Assembly: GCA_964389675.1 (NCBI GenBank)
Contig: CAYMEV010000001.1
Location: forward strand, 156,539-220,538
DNA length: 64,000 nt
Direction: 5' to 3'
DNA from: an uncultured Candidatus Sumerlaeota bacterium
GTDB taxonomy: Bacteria; CAYMEV01
How positions within the stretch are numbered: the first letter of the stretch is position 1; every line of letters begins with the position of its first letter. The notes under the pieces are model-generated. The model did not search any database. It was not told where the DNA came from and was given only the letters and a program-made list of their open reading frames with translations. A program made the translations under genes and the position numbers. Shown one piece after another: positions 1 through 10,398 of this stretch.

Positions 1-1
1 A

Positions 2-130
2 GAGGATACCTTCAGTGAAGCTGTTAAGGAGTCAGGTTTATATACATATCTGGGATTTTATGCTGTTTACCGCAAGGAAACAGGCAGTTTCGCGAGGCTG
101 TACACCGTATACCTTTTTGCAAGCTATTAG
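2..130 (+). CDS. 3' end of an unidentified CDS entering the window
   Basis: Frame 2 is open from the window start (EDTFSEAVKESGLYTYLGFYAVYRKETGSFARLYTVYLFASY*) to TAG at 128-130, 11 bp before murJ. Confidence 0.5.
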   Translation, partial: EDTFSEAVKESGLYTYLGFYAVYRKETGSFARLYTVYLFASY

Positions 131-141
131 GAAAATGCTTT

Positions 142-1734
142 ATGAACCACAATGAAACAAACAGAAGTACCCTGAAGCTCATCCACGGCACTCTCATAAG
201 CAAGGTATTCGGATTCCTGAGGGAAGTGATAATTGCAGCAAAATTTGGTGCAACAGCTGTTTCAGATGCATTTTTCCTGGCTCTTCAGATACCGGTCCTC
301 TTCAGAAGAATATTGGGTGAAGAAATGTTCGAAAAGACGATCATGCCAGTATTTGTCAACAAGCTTTCAAAGGACCGGAATAATGCCTGGAGATTCATTT
401 CAACCCTTTTCTGGTATTCAGTACTGCTGTCAGTATTAACGGTAGCCTTCCTGTATGCGCTAAAAAAGCCACTCATTGGCTTAATAGCACCCGGCATCAC
501 AGACCCTGAGACTGTCCTTCTGATAAACAGGATGGCTACATATATTATACCCTACCTTATACTGACAACGGTCTATTCCTTCCTGGGAACCATCTTCAAT
601 TTCACAAAAAGGCAGTTTATATTCTCCGTTGCGCCTGCAGTAAGCAATATTGCAATAATTGCCCTTATCCTTCTGTTTTATCCATATATAGAAGAATTAA
701 GCCTTCCGGTCGGATTCCTCCTTGGCGGTGTATTCTATATAATTTTCCTGATCCCGTTCTTCATGACCAGAAGATACAGGGAGGATTATCTTCCCAGGCT
801 CAGTTTCAGCTTGAGGAGGCCGTCAGCCGAGATTAAAACAGTCTCATCTGAATCCTTCTGGGTATTCATGCAGGCAATTTTAAATAAATCAGTGGAGCTG
901 GTTGACAGAATAATAGCATCTTTCCTGATAACAGGGAGTATTTCAGGGCTATGGTACGCAAAGAGGCTGGAACAGCTGCCGTCCTCCATTATCTCGATGT
1001 CCATATCAAGGGCAATTCTTTCCAATCTCTCTGACCACCATGCCAGAGAAAACTACCATGATTTTGGAGAGACCATAGTTTATGGAATAAAGCTCTGCAT
1101 ATCAGTCATAACCCCTGTCACAGTCTTGTTATGCCTCCTTGGAAAACCTGTAAGCATTTTTATATTTAAAAGGGGCGAATTTTCCGAAGCTGCGGCAGAT
1201 ATGACATCCCAGGCATTTATTGCATATGGTATTGGTTTCCTTGCTGTTGCATTCTATAACCTTTTTTCAAGGACATATTCAGTGCTTGCAAAAAACAGGT
1301 TTACTGCTGTAATAATGCTTTTTGCCTCTTTAATGAACGTACTGCTGAGCATTCTCCTGGCGCAGACATTTCTAAAGCTTGCAGGCATTGCGCTTGCTTC
1401 ATCTGTATCCTTCTATTTTGCTTCGATCATTCTTTTTATACAGCTTAAAAAAGAGCTCAGAGCAATAGGCTACACTATTGACCTTAAAAAACTTGGGTTT
1501 TTTGCCTTCAAGATCGCAGCAAGCTGTTCCTTAATGGGAATTATTGTATTTTATTCATTCCGGATCATGCAAAGGCATCTGTATATATCATTAAGCCTTT
1601 TATACTTTGACATCGGCCTGCTTATTATAATAACCGCTTCAGCTGTTTCGGGCCTTACCGCATTTATTCTTCTTTGCTGGTTTTTTGATATAAGGATCAT
1701 AAAAAATCTTTTTAATATCTTGAAAAAAAATTAA
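142..1734 (+). CDS. murJ: Lipid II flippase MurJ (MviN)
   Basis: N-terminal SKVFGFLRE..FGA...DAF...IP..FRR..GE, RLEQLP and F.RGEF motifs; polytopic membrane protein. Confidence 0.9.
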   Translation: MNHNETNRSTLKLIHGTLISKVFGFLREVIIAAKFGATAVSDAFFLALQIPVLFRRILGEEMFEKTIMPVFVNKLSKDRNNAWRFISTLFWYSVLLSVLTVAFLYALKKPLIGLIAPGITDPETVLLINRMATYIIPYLILTTVYSFLGTIFNFTKRQFIFSVAPAVSNIAIIALILLFYPYIEELSLPVGFLLGGVFYIIFLIPFFMTRRYREDYLPRLSFSLRRPSAEIKTVSSESFWVFMQAILNKSVELVDRIIASFLITGSISGLWYAKRLEQLPSSIISMSISRAILSNLSDHHARENYHDFGETIVYGIKLCISVITPVTVLLCLLGKPVSIFIFKRGEFSEAAADMTSQAFIAYGIGFLAVAFYNLFSRTYSVLAKNRFTAVIMLFASLMNVLLSILLAQTFLKLAGIALASSVSFYFASIILFIQLKKELRAIGYTIDLKKLGFFAFKIAASCSLMGIIVFYSFRIMQRHLYISLSLLYFDIGLLIIITASAVSGLTAFILLCWFFDIRIIKNLFNILKKN

Positions 1735-1791
1735 ATTGCTGATAATATCCATAATTATTCTTAAACCTTAATTTATAATTATAAAGGAGAT

Positions 1792-4353
1792 ATGACCATG
1801 AAGATAGATAAAACCTTTAATGTTATTCCATCAATCCCGAAAGAACTGAAGGATCTTGAAATCATAGGCAACAATCTATGGTTCAGCTGGCATCCCGATG
1901 CCATAAATCTCTTTCACAGGCTGGATCCTGATCTCTGGGAAAAGGTCTCCCATAATCCCGTGGCAATGCTGGGCTCCCTTGATCAGAGCATTTTTGATGA
2001 GAGAAGGACTGATGAAGGCTATCTTATGCAGCTTGAAAGGGTTAAGAATGATTTTGACAGATATACAGGTTTTAAGACCTCTTATAATTTTAATATAGAT
2101 GAGCCTATAGACTTTTCCATAGCCTATTTCTCCGCTGAATTCGGCTTATCTGACTGCCTCCCCATCTACAGCGGCGGACTTGGGATATTATCAGGAGATC
2201 ACCTTAAATCAGCGTCTGACCTTCGTATTCCCCTTATAGGTGTCGGCCTGCTGTACCAGGAGGGATATTTCCATCAATACCTGAACGCAGACGGATGGCA
2301 GCAGGAGACCTACCCGGAAAATGATTTCAGCAGCCTTCCAATAAAGCTCCTTCGCGATGATCACGGGAATCCATTGTACAATTCGGTAAAAATCCTTAGC
2401 AGGGATGTTTTTTTTAAGATATGGGAAGTTAATGTAGGCAGAATATCCCTTTATCTCCTTGATACAAATACTCACAAAAACAGTATGGAGGACAGGGAAA
2501 TTACATCCCAGCTTTATGGCGGCGATTCTGAAATGAGGATAAAGCAGGAGATCCTCCTTGGAATAGGGGGCACAAAGGCACTGAACATGCTTGATATACA
2601 TCCCAGCGTTTATCATATGAATGAGGGCCATTCAGCATTTGCAATACTTGAGAGAATAAACCTTGCAATGAAAAAATACGGCCTTAACTTCAATGAAGCA
2701 AAGGAAATGGTCATATACTCTAATGTATTCACGACCCATACTCCCGTCCCTGCCGGTGTGGACCGTTTTGAGCCGGAGCTTATAACCAAATATTTTCAGG
2801 GATATGTCCCTGAGATCGGCATCAGTGTGGATGATCTTCTTCAGTTTGGGAGGATAAACCCGTCTTCGAAAAAAGAACCATTCTGCATGCTTGTATTTGC
2901 CATGAACTTCTCAGCGTTCAGGAATGCTGTCAGCAAGCTCCATACCAGGATATCAAAGAATATGTGGGCAAATATCTGGCCTAAATTCCCCAAGGAAGAC
3001 TCTCCTGTTGACGGTGTCACAAATGGTATCCATATCCCCTCCTGGATCTCCACCGATATGGGAAGCCTCTATGACAGGTATTTAGGCAGAAGGTGGATGG
3101 AAGATCCTGACAATGAAAAGGTCTGGGACAGGATCAATACAATACCCGATTCAGAGCTTTGGAGAACACATGAAAGAAGGAGGGAAAGGCTTGTCGGCTT
3201 TTCAAGGAGAAGGCTTCTAAGGCAGCTAAAAAACAGGGGGGCATCAAACAGCTATATTGAAAAAAGCGTTGAAGCATTGAACCCGGAAGCCCTGACGATA
3301 GGCTTTGCAAGAAGATTTGCAGCATATAAGAGGGGAAACCTTATCTTCAGGGACCCTGACAGAATAGCAAGGATACTCCAGAACCACGACAGGCCAGTTC
3401 AGATAATCTTCTCAGGCAAGGCTCACCCCCGGGATAATGAGGGGAAAAGGATAATAAAGGACATAATACATTTTCTGAAGGAAGAGCCATTCCGGAGCCA
3501 TGTTGTTTTTATTGAAGACTATGACATAAATGTTGCAAGATACATGGTCCAGGGTGTGGATTTATGGATGAATACACCCAGAAGGCCTGAGGAAGCATGC
3601 GGAACCAGCGGAATGAAGGCGACAGCCAACGGGGCGATCAACATGAGCATCCTGGACGGCTGGTGGGATGAGGCATATAATTTCAACAATGGATGGGCAA
3701 TCGGCAAAGGGGAGGAATATACAGACCTTGAACTTCAGGATGATGTTGAAAGCAGGGCTATATATACCCTTCTTGAAGAGGAGGTCGTACCCCTTTTCTA
3801 TAAAAAGGGCGCCGACAATATATCCAAAGACTGGGTCAAACTGATGAAGAACAGCCTCATAGGCCTCTGCAAATATTTCAATACCCACAGGATGGTGGAA
3901 GATTATCTGCTGAAGTATTATTATCCCGCTGCAAAGCATTATGATGTCTTTCAGAAAAACCCTGAAAAGAACAAAGAGCTGGCAGAATGGAAAAGCTTTA
4001 TGAAAAGCGGCTGGAACAATATAAAGGTGCTCAAGGTAATAACAAAGGAAAATGGCAATTCAGTTAAAATCAATAATCCCTATATAGTTGAAGCACGTAT
4101 AGATCTCGGCAGCATCAAGCCGGAAGACATCCAGGTGGACATTTATTACGGCAGACTGAATCATAAAGCAGAGCTGACCACCAGGGATATATGCCCTATG
4201 GTCCTTGAAAGCGCTGCTGATACATCAGTCTATAATTTCAAGGGCCTGGTTTGCCCCCAGAAAACAGGCAAATTTGGCTTTTTCATAAGGATTCTACCGA
4301 AACATCCCCTTCTTTTTGATATATACAGCTTAAACCTGGTACACTGGATATAG
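1792..4353 (+). CDS. glgP: Alpha-glucan (glycogen/starch) phosphorylase
   Basis: AYFSAEFG, YSGGLGILSGDHLKSASD, HMNEGH, FARRFAAYKR, GKAHP and EACGTSGMK (PLP lysine); AAAGGAG RBS. Confidence 0.95.
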   Translation: MTMKIDKTFNVIPSIPKELKDLEIIGNNLWFSWHPDAINLFHRLDPDLWEKVSHNPVAMLGSLDQSIFDERRTDEGYLMQLERVKNDFDRYTGFKTSYNFNIDEPIDFSIAYFSAEFGLSDCLPIYSGGLGILSGDHLKSASDLRIPLIGVGLLYQEGYFHQYLNADGWQQETYPENDFSSLPIKLLRDDHGNPLYNSVKILSRDVFFKIWEVNVGRISLYLLDTNTHKNSMEDREITSQLYGGDSEMRIKQEILLGIGGTKALNMLDIHPSVYHMNEGHSAFAILERINLAMKKYGLNFNEAKEMVIYSNVFTTHTPVPAGVDRFEPELITKYFQGYVPEIGISVDDLLQFGRINPSSKKEPFCMLVFAMNFSAFRNAVSKLHTRISKNMWANIWPKFPKEDSPVDGVTNGIHIPSWISTDMGSLYDRYLGRRWMEDPDNEKVWDRINTIPDSELWRTHERRRERLVGFSRRRLLRQLKNRGASNSYIEKSVEALNPEALTIGFARRFAAYKRGNLIFRDPDRIARILQNHDRPVQIIFSGKAHPRDNEGKRIIKDIIHFLKEEPFRSHVVFIEDYDINVARYMVQGVDLWMNTPRRPEEACGTSGMKATANGAINMSILDGWWDEAYNFNNGWAIGKGEEYTDLELQDDVESRAIYTLLEEEVVPLFYKKGADNISKDWVKLMKNSLIGLCKYFNTHRMVEDYLLKYYYPAAKHYDVFQKNPEKNKELAEWKSFMKSGWNNIKVLKVITKENGNSVKINNPYIVEARIDLGSIKPEDIQVDIYYGRLNHKAELTTRDICPMVLESAADTSVYNFKGLVCPQKTGKFGFFIRILPKHPLLFDIYSLNLVHWI

Positions 4354-4363
4354 AACTGCAGCA

Positions 4364-5269
4364 ATGATAAAAAGCACTCTTAAGCTGTACAGGAAGACAG
4401 ACTGCATAACATCGGGATACCTTGCCTTCAGCAGCCTGATGATAGCAGTCTTTCACAGGAACATTAGACACTTTCATATTTTCCTCTCATTAAACCTGCT
4501 TTTGATGGTCCTGGTATTTCTTCTGATTAATTACAGAAAGAGAAGCAGGAACAGGTTTATTGCTCTTCTCAGGGACTGGTACCCGGTAATCCTGTACACA
4601 TTTCTTTTCGAAGAGACCGGATGGATTAACAGGACCCTGTTCAGCGATTATATAGACAGGTTCTTCATAGGGCTTGAATATAAAATATTCGGGCTCCATC
4701 CTGCAATAGAGCTTGGAAGGCTGTTTGACAATGTATATATAATGGAATACTTTCATTTTTCATACTTTACATATTACCTGATAATCCCGGGACTGGGGTT
4801 TCTTCTCTACTATAATAACCGGAAACACTTCCATGAATATCTTTTCGTCTCCTCATTCACATTCTACACATGCTATATCTCCTATATATTTCTGCCTGTT
4901 CTTGGCGCGAGGTATTATGCAAATGCACCATTCTTCGCAGAGCCTTTCTGGAAAGAGGGTTTCCTGTTCGTGCCTGTAATGAGGTTCATATATTCAGTAG
5001 GAGAGGTTGACGGAGCTGCTTTCCCCAGTTCACATGTAGCCATAGCTGCAGTAATCCTGATTTATGCATACAAATATGCAAAAAAATACCTTGCCCTCTT
5101 CTTTGTGGTGGTAGTATCACTGATAATCTCTACTGTTTACTGCAGGTTCCATTATCTGATAGATGTAATTGCAGGTATTTTATGGGCTCTGTCAGGCTTC
5201 TATTTCGGAAGGAAGCTTTACTTCTCGTCTCTTTTCGGCTGTGATAATGCAGTACTGGAAAACAGCTAA
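4364..5269 (+). CDS. PAP2-superfamily membrane phosphatase/phosphotransferase (Aur1-like)
   Basis: AFPSSHVA and STVYCRFHYLIDVIAG motifs; multiple transmembrane helices. Confidence 0.8.
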   Translation: MIKSTLKLYRKTDCITSGYLAFSSLMIAVFHRNIRHFHIFLSLNLLLMVLVFLLINYRKRSRNRFIALLRDWYPVILYTFLFEETGWINRTLFSDYIDRFFIGLEYKIFGLHPAIELGRLFDNVYIMEYFHFSYFTYYLIIPGLGFLLYYNNRKHFHEYLFVSSFTFYTCYISYIFLPVLGARYYANAPFFAEPFWKEGFLFVPVMRFIYSVGEVDGAAFPSSHVAIAAVILIYAYKYAKKYLALFFVVVVSLIISTVYCRFHYLIDVIAGILWALSGFYFGRKLYFSSLFGCDNAVLENS

Positions 5270-5402
5270 AAAAAATATTTTATTGTAATAATTTATTAGC
5301 AACATATGATATTATAAAATCGATAATTTATGTAAACTGATTCCTGTTAGAAAATTTGGTTTTCGTTATATTGAAACCTAAAAATACAAAAGGAGATGAA
5401 CC

Positions 5403-5897
5403 ATGGAAGAAACCTTATTCAAAGATGAGGACCTGAAAGACTTCTTTGACAAAAAGAAAAGTTTTGCAGAAATTGCAGGAATCCCTCCTGAAATGCTCGC
5501 TTACTTTGCTGAGATGGCCTATAACCTCTATGAGCAGGGCCAGTATGAGGATGCCAAAAACATTATGGACAAAGTAATTATGATAGAGCCAAATGTTGCA
5601 TACTCTCATGCATTGTTAGGGGCGATCTATCAGAAACAGGAAAAATTCGATGAGGCTGTTGACTGCTATACAAAGGCAATAGACCTGAACCCGGAAGAGC
5701 TGCCGGCACTTGTTAACAGAGGAGAGCTTTATCTTCAGAGTTCAAAGTTTGACGAAGCTGCAAAGGACCTTGAAAAGGCAATAGACCTTGATCCCAAGGG
5801 AGAGGACCCTTATGCTCTCAGAGCCCGTACGCTTGTCCTTGTAACACATGAGCTTTTAGCAGAAGCAGAAAAATTAGCAAAAGAAAAACAGAAATAA
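5403..5897 (+). CDS. TPR protein, SycD/LcrH-like type III secretion chaperone
   Basis: Small acidic protein with three TPRs (AYNLYEQGQYEDA; ALLGAIYQKQEKFDEAVDCY; VNRGELYL); directly upstream of sctV; AAGGAG RBS. Confidence 0.65.
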   Translation: MEETLFKDEDLKDFFDKKKSFAEIAGIPPEMLAYFAEMAYNLYEQGQYEDAKNIMDKVIMIEPNVAYSHALLGAIYQKQEKFDEAVDCYTKAIDLNPEELPALVNRGELYLQSSKFDEAAKDLEKAIDLDPKGEDPYALRARTLVLVTHELLAEAEKLAKEKQK

Positions 5898-5898
5898 T

Positions 5899-5920
5899 AC
5901 AGGGGGGTAATACCCCCTGT
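5899..5920 (+). terminator. GC-rich hairpin between the chaperone and sctV (no U-tract)
   Basis: ACAGGGGG-GTAATA-CCCCCTGT, 8-bp stem. Confidence 0.35.
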
Positions 5921-5933
5921 CTGATACAAATTT

Positions 5934-8042
5934 ATGAAGCTTATCAACTTTAATCAGCTTAAGAGCTCATTCCTTTCAGGCGACCTGAGCCTTGTTTTGA
6001 ACAGGTATAGCGACCTGCTCCTTGCGCTTCTGGTAATAGTCATAGTAGGCATGATGATAATCCCTCTGCCGACATGGCTTTTAGATATCCTCCTTACTAT
6101 AAATATTACCATAGGCGTTGTTTTACTGCTTATATCCCTTTATATACCAAATGCCCTTAATATTGCATCATTCCCTACGATTCTTCTTATAACCACACTC
6201 TACAGGCTTGCCTTAAATGTTTCCACAACAAGGCTTATTCTTCTCTATGCCAATGCCGGTACAGTCGTTGAGAGTTTCGGCGAGTTTGTTGTCAAAGGCA
6301 ATTATGTGGTAGGTTTTGTAATATTTCTCATCCTTGTAATCATAAATTTTCTTGTCATATCAAAGGGTGCTGAGAGAGTAAGCGAGGTCTCTGCAAGGTT
6401 TGTCCTTGATGCCATGCCGGGAAAACAGATGAGCATAGACTCAGACCTGCGCGCGGGGGCTTTTGACCTGAATGAGGCGAGACGACGCAGGACATCTCTT
6501 CAGAGGGAAAGCCAGCTTTACGGCGCTATGGATGGAGCCATGAAATTTGTAAAGGGGGATTCGATTGCAGGAATTATAATAACAATAATAAACATAGTAG
6601 GCGGAATCATTATCGGTGTTTTTATGATGGACCTCACTATTGTCGATTCCCTTCAGACATTCACACTTTTAACCATAGGTGACGGCCTTGTATCCCAGAT
6701 ACCTGCACTGCTGATATCCACCACATCAGGAATAATCGTTACAAGGGTAGCATCAGAAGAAGAAGACTCCAATCTCGGAAAGGATATAGGGACGCAGATA
6801 CTGGCTCATCCCAAGGCTATTTCAATAGCCTCAGGCCTTCTTGTCGCGCTTGCCATTATCCCGGGGCTCCCATTCAAACCGTTTATAATTCTGTCGATAT
6901 TCACCGGCAGTCTCGGTTACTCCCTTTACAAGACGAAAAGCCTGAAAGATGCTGAGATGGAGGAAAATGAAGAAAAGGAAGAAACTACTGAGACTTTCTT
7001 CCAGCCCTTCAGTATTCCCATAGCCCTGGATATTGGAAAAGGGCTCTCTCAATACCTGGATCCAAAGGATAAGGGTGAAAAATTCGATTCAGAGCTTCTC
7101 CCCATGATGATACAGTATTTCTACTTTGACATAGGCGTGAAGCTTCCCTATCCACAGATCAGGCTTTATGATCCATATATTGAACCCTTTTCCCTCACTA
7201 TCCGCATCAATGAGATCCCTGAAGCTGAATTCAACTATATTGACAAGCATTACCTGGTCGGTGAATCCTGTGAAAACCTCCAGACACTTAAATTTGACGG
7301 GATACCGGCTGTAAATCCATCTACAAAAGCACCTGCAACCTTCGTAAGCGAGGATAAAGTTGAATTTATGAAAAACCTCTTCCCTGTCTGGGGCCCTGAT
7401 GAATATGCAATATTGTGCCTGGAAGGGGTATTAAGGAATAAGGCGGCTGAATTCCTCGGCATCCAGGAGGTCCAGGGCATGCTTGATCAGATGCAGAACA
7501 GCTTCCCTGCCCTTATAAAGAATACCATTCCGAAGATCATCAATATTGACAAACTGACAGAGATATTAAAAAGGCTCGTTTCAGAATCCATTTCAATCCG
7601 CGACCTGAGGATCATCCTGGAAGCCATTATCAAGCACGGCAAGGGAGAAGAAGACACAGGAAAACTTACTGAAGCTATAAGAAGTGAGATGAAGAACTAT
7701 CTTACATATAAATACAAAAAGGGAAGCCCCAGCCTTGTGGTATTCCTGATGTCTCCCGACATGGAAGAAGCAATAAAGAATTCCATTAAATATACCCCGA
7801 AGGGAGCATTTTTGACCCTTGACAATGAAACCATGACCGCTTTCCTGAAAGGGGTACAGAAGGTTCTGGAAAGCATTCCGCCATCAGCACCCAAACCTGC
7901 CATACTTGCATCCCCTGAAACCAGGAGGTTTGTCAGGATACTGGTTTCCTTTGATTTTCCTGATGTTCCGGTAATCAGCATAAACGATATTGTTCCTGAT
8001 ACTCAGATCCAGCCGATAAGCTATATAAAACCGGTTTACTGA
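5934..8042 (+). CDS. sctV: Type III secretion export gate SctV (LcrD/YscV/EscV type, FHIPEP family)
   Basis: FPTILLITTLYRLALNVSTTRLIL, KGAERVSEVSARFVLDAMPGKQMSID, LYGAMDGAMKFVKGD, LTIGDGLVSQIP and ESISIRDLRIILE. Confidence 0.85.
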   Translation: MKLINFNQLKSSFLSGDLSLVLNRYSDLLLALLVIVIVGMMIIPLPTWLLDILLTINITIGVVLLLISLYIPNALNIASFPTILLITTLYRLALNVSTTRLILLYANAGTVVESFGEFVVKGNYVVGFVIFLILVIINFLVISKGAERVSEVSARFVLDAMPGKQMSIDSDLRAGAFDLNEARRRRTSLQRESQLYGAMDGAMKFVKGDSIAGIIITIINIVGGIIIGVFMMDLTIVDSLQTFTLLTIGDGLVSQIPALLISTTSGIIVTRVASEEEDSNLGKDIGTQILAHPKAISIASGLLVALAIIPGLPFKPFIILSIFTGSLGYSLYKTKSLKDAEMEENEEKEETTETFFQPFSIPIALDIGKGLSQYLDPKDKGEKFDSELLPMMIQYFYFDIGVKLPYPQIRLYDPYIEPFSLTIRINEIPEAEFNYIDKHYLVGESCENLQTLKFDGIPAVNPSTKAPATFVSEDKVEFMKNLFPVWGPDEYAILCLEGVLRNKAAEFLGIQEVQGMLDQMQNSFPALIKNTIPKIINIDKLTEILKRLVSESISIRDLRIILEAIIKHGKGEEDTGKLTEAIRSEMKNYLTYKYKKGSPSLVVFLMSPDMEEAIKNSIKYTPKGAFLTLDNETMTAFLKGVQKVLESIPPSAPKPAILASPETRRFVRILVSFDFPDVPVISINDIVPDTQIQPISYIKPVY

Positions 8043-8095
8043 TCCTGGCTGAAAATTTTTATAGATTCTTTTTCAAAAATTAATACTATTGCCCT

Positions 8096-10393
8096 ATGGA
8101 TGCTTCAATTATTATTCCCTGCTATAATTCAGAAAATACAATAAAGGAATGTATCGACAGCATAATCCTTGATTCACAGAATACACACCATAATGTGGAG
8201 ATCATTGCAGTCGATGACGGTTCAAACGACAGCACGAGGGATATACTCAGGAGCTACAAGGATGTAAAATATATCTATATCGAGAATATGGGGCCAGCTA
8301 CAGCAAGGAACAGGGGGGCAGAAACTGCCAGGGGAGAAATACTTCTTTTTACAGATTCAGACTGCATAGTCCAGCCAGGCTGGATCGATCAGATGCTGAT
8401 ACCCTTCCTTGAAAACAGACACATATCTGCAGTAAAAGGCGCCTACAGGACTCATCAGGAAGAGATTACAGCCCAGTTCTGCCAGCTTGAATTCCAGGAA
8501 AGATACCGGTTTCTTGAAAGACAGAAATTCATTGATTTTGTCGATACATATTCAGCGGCTTTCAAAAAGGATACATTCTGGGAGATAGGCGGATTTAACG
8601 AGAGTTTCCCCTATCCGAACAATGAGGATGTTGACTTGAGCTACAGGATGGCAAGCTACAGCAAGCTTATGGTCTTTAATCCAAAAGCGGTTGTTATACA
8701 TAAGCACAAAACAAAAGCAATTGATTATTTTAAGCTTAAATTCAGCAGGGCTTTCTGGCGGATGGTCGTTTACAGCAAATATCCTGAAAAGATAATCAGG
8801 GATTCTTATACGCCATACTCACTCAAAATTCAGATGATCCTTTTAGATGTTATGATCTTATCGCTTATACTAAGCCCTTTTATTAAACATGCCTTTTCCA
8901 TTTCTATTGCTGCTTTTGGTTTTTTTATCCTGTCATGCATACCTTTTTCTGTAACGGGCCTGAAGAACAGCTTCAGCCTTTTTCTGGTATCATTTCCAAT
9001 GCTTTTCCTGAGGGCACTGGCATTAAATCTCGGCATATTAGCATCCCTTTTCCCTATCAATCTAAATAAGCTGTTGAGCATAGGGCTTATAATTATTGAC
9101 AGCCTGACAATAATAGCCTCAATAATATTGTCATATATGGCTGTATCCTTTCTGTTATATGGAAGCCTTTTCAGCCCGGGCATTCCGATTAAAAGCTACC
9201 TGTATGCAATCCCTGCAGTAATCCTCCTTTATCTGATAATCCTTCAGAGTTCCGGGCTTTACCACATTCCTCAGAACTGTTCCGGAATATCCTATCTATT
9301 CAAGGTTTTCAGCAGTTCCCTGGTGCTGACTCTCTCGCTTGCTTCAATAAGCTACCTGTTTTTCCTTGATTATTCAAGGGCAGTTCTTGTATTGATATTC
9401 CCGACAGTATTCACGATTTCGATAACGGCAAGGATACTCTGGTTCAGGTTTTCAGAATTTCTTATCACAAGCGGCTACGGTACAAGAAGGGCTGTAATCG
9501 TCGGTATAAACGACACATCCAGGGCTCTCGCTGAAAAGATGATAAATATCAAAAACCTCGGCTACCGTTTTATCGGCTATATAGCCGGGAGCAGTAATGA
9601 AACAGGCCAGGCGAGAATAATAGGCAACATAAACAATCTGCCGAATATAATAAAGTCATACAGGATAAATGATGTGTTTTTTTCTGATCCTGAAATATCC
9701 ACAGATATTATTTTTGATATAATCTCAAGATCAAGCTATGACATAGCCTCATTCAAGATAGTCACTTCCGCCTCTGACATACTCATAAAAACAGTCGATA
9801 TCGAGTCCATTTCTGATATACCCCTGATCGACCTTAAAAATATACCCCCTTCATTTTTCTATAAGCTGTTAAAAAGGCTTTTTGACCTGGCTTTTGCTCT
9901 AATTCTCATTATACCACTTCTCATACCGCTTTTCATATTCTATCTTATCCTCATGGCATTCTGTGATGAAGAGCCTGTAATAAAGAGGACCCCCTCCACA
10001 GGCTATAAGGAAAAAGCTTTCAATATATTTACTTTCAATATAGACCCGTTAAAGAAAAAGGGTATATTAAAGGGCATTGTATATGGATTATATAAGAGGC
10101 TGTACATTTACCAGCTTCCAAAGCTTTTCAATGTATTCAACGGTACAATGAGTTTTGTAGGCCCAGGGGCGATCCCCAATGATTCTGCAAGGAAGTACAA
10201 AAGATGGCAGAGGATCCGGTTTGAGGCAATACCCGGGATTACAGGCATATCCCAGATAATGAACAGGGATCATAAGGATAATCCGGTAAGGATGCTGGAA
10301 TATGATTTCTTCTACATCAGGAACCGCTCCCTTGTAATGGACCTGGCAATACTTGTCAAAACGATAATTTATATGCTGTTTAAGGTATTATAG
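8096..10393 (+). CDS. GT2 glycosyltransferase fused to a WcaJ-like membrane/Rossmann/sugar-transferase module
   Basis: SIIIPCYN, VDDGSND, ARNRG, FTDSDC and EDVDL (GT2); transmembrane block; RRAVIVG; KRLFD...MSFVGP...PGITG..Q...D.FYI (Bac_transf-like). Confidence 0.8.
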   Translation: MDASIIIPCYNSENTIKECIDSIILDSQNTHHNVEIIAVDDGSNDSTRDILRSYKDVKYIYIENMGPATARNRGAETARGEILLFTDSDCIVQPGWIDQMLIPFLENRHISAVKGAYRTHQEEITAQFCQLEFQERYRFLERQKFIDFVDTYSAAFKKDTFWEIGGFNESFPYPNNEDVDLSYRMASYSKLMVFNPKAVVIHKHKTKAIDYFKLKFSRAFWRMVVYSKYPEKIIRDSYTPYSLKIQMILLDVMILSLILSPFIKHAFSISIAAFGFFILSCIPFSVTGLKNSFSLFLVSFPMLFLRALALNLGILASLFPINLNKLLSIGLIIIDSLTIIASIILSYMAVSFLLYGSLFSPGIPIKSYLYAIPAVILLYLIILQSSGLYHIPQNCSGISYLFKVFSSSLVLTLSLASISYLFFLDYSRAVLVLIFPTVFTISITARILWFRFSEFLITSGYGTRRAVIVGINDTSRALAEKMINIKNLGYRFIGYIAGSSNETGQARIIGNINNLPNIIKSYRINDVFFSDPEISTDIIFDIISRSSYDIASFKIVTSASDILIKTVDIESISDIPLIDLKNIPPSFFYKLLKRLFDLAFALILIIPLLIPLFIFYLILMAFCDEEPVIKRTPSTGYKEKAFNIFTFNIDPLKKKGILKGIVYGLYKRLYIYQLPKLFNVFNGTMSFVGPGAIPNDSARKYKRWQRIRFEAIPGITGISQIMNRDHKDNPVRMLEYDFFYIRNRSLVMDLAILVKTIIYMLFKVL

Positions 10394-10398
10394 GACAT

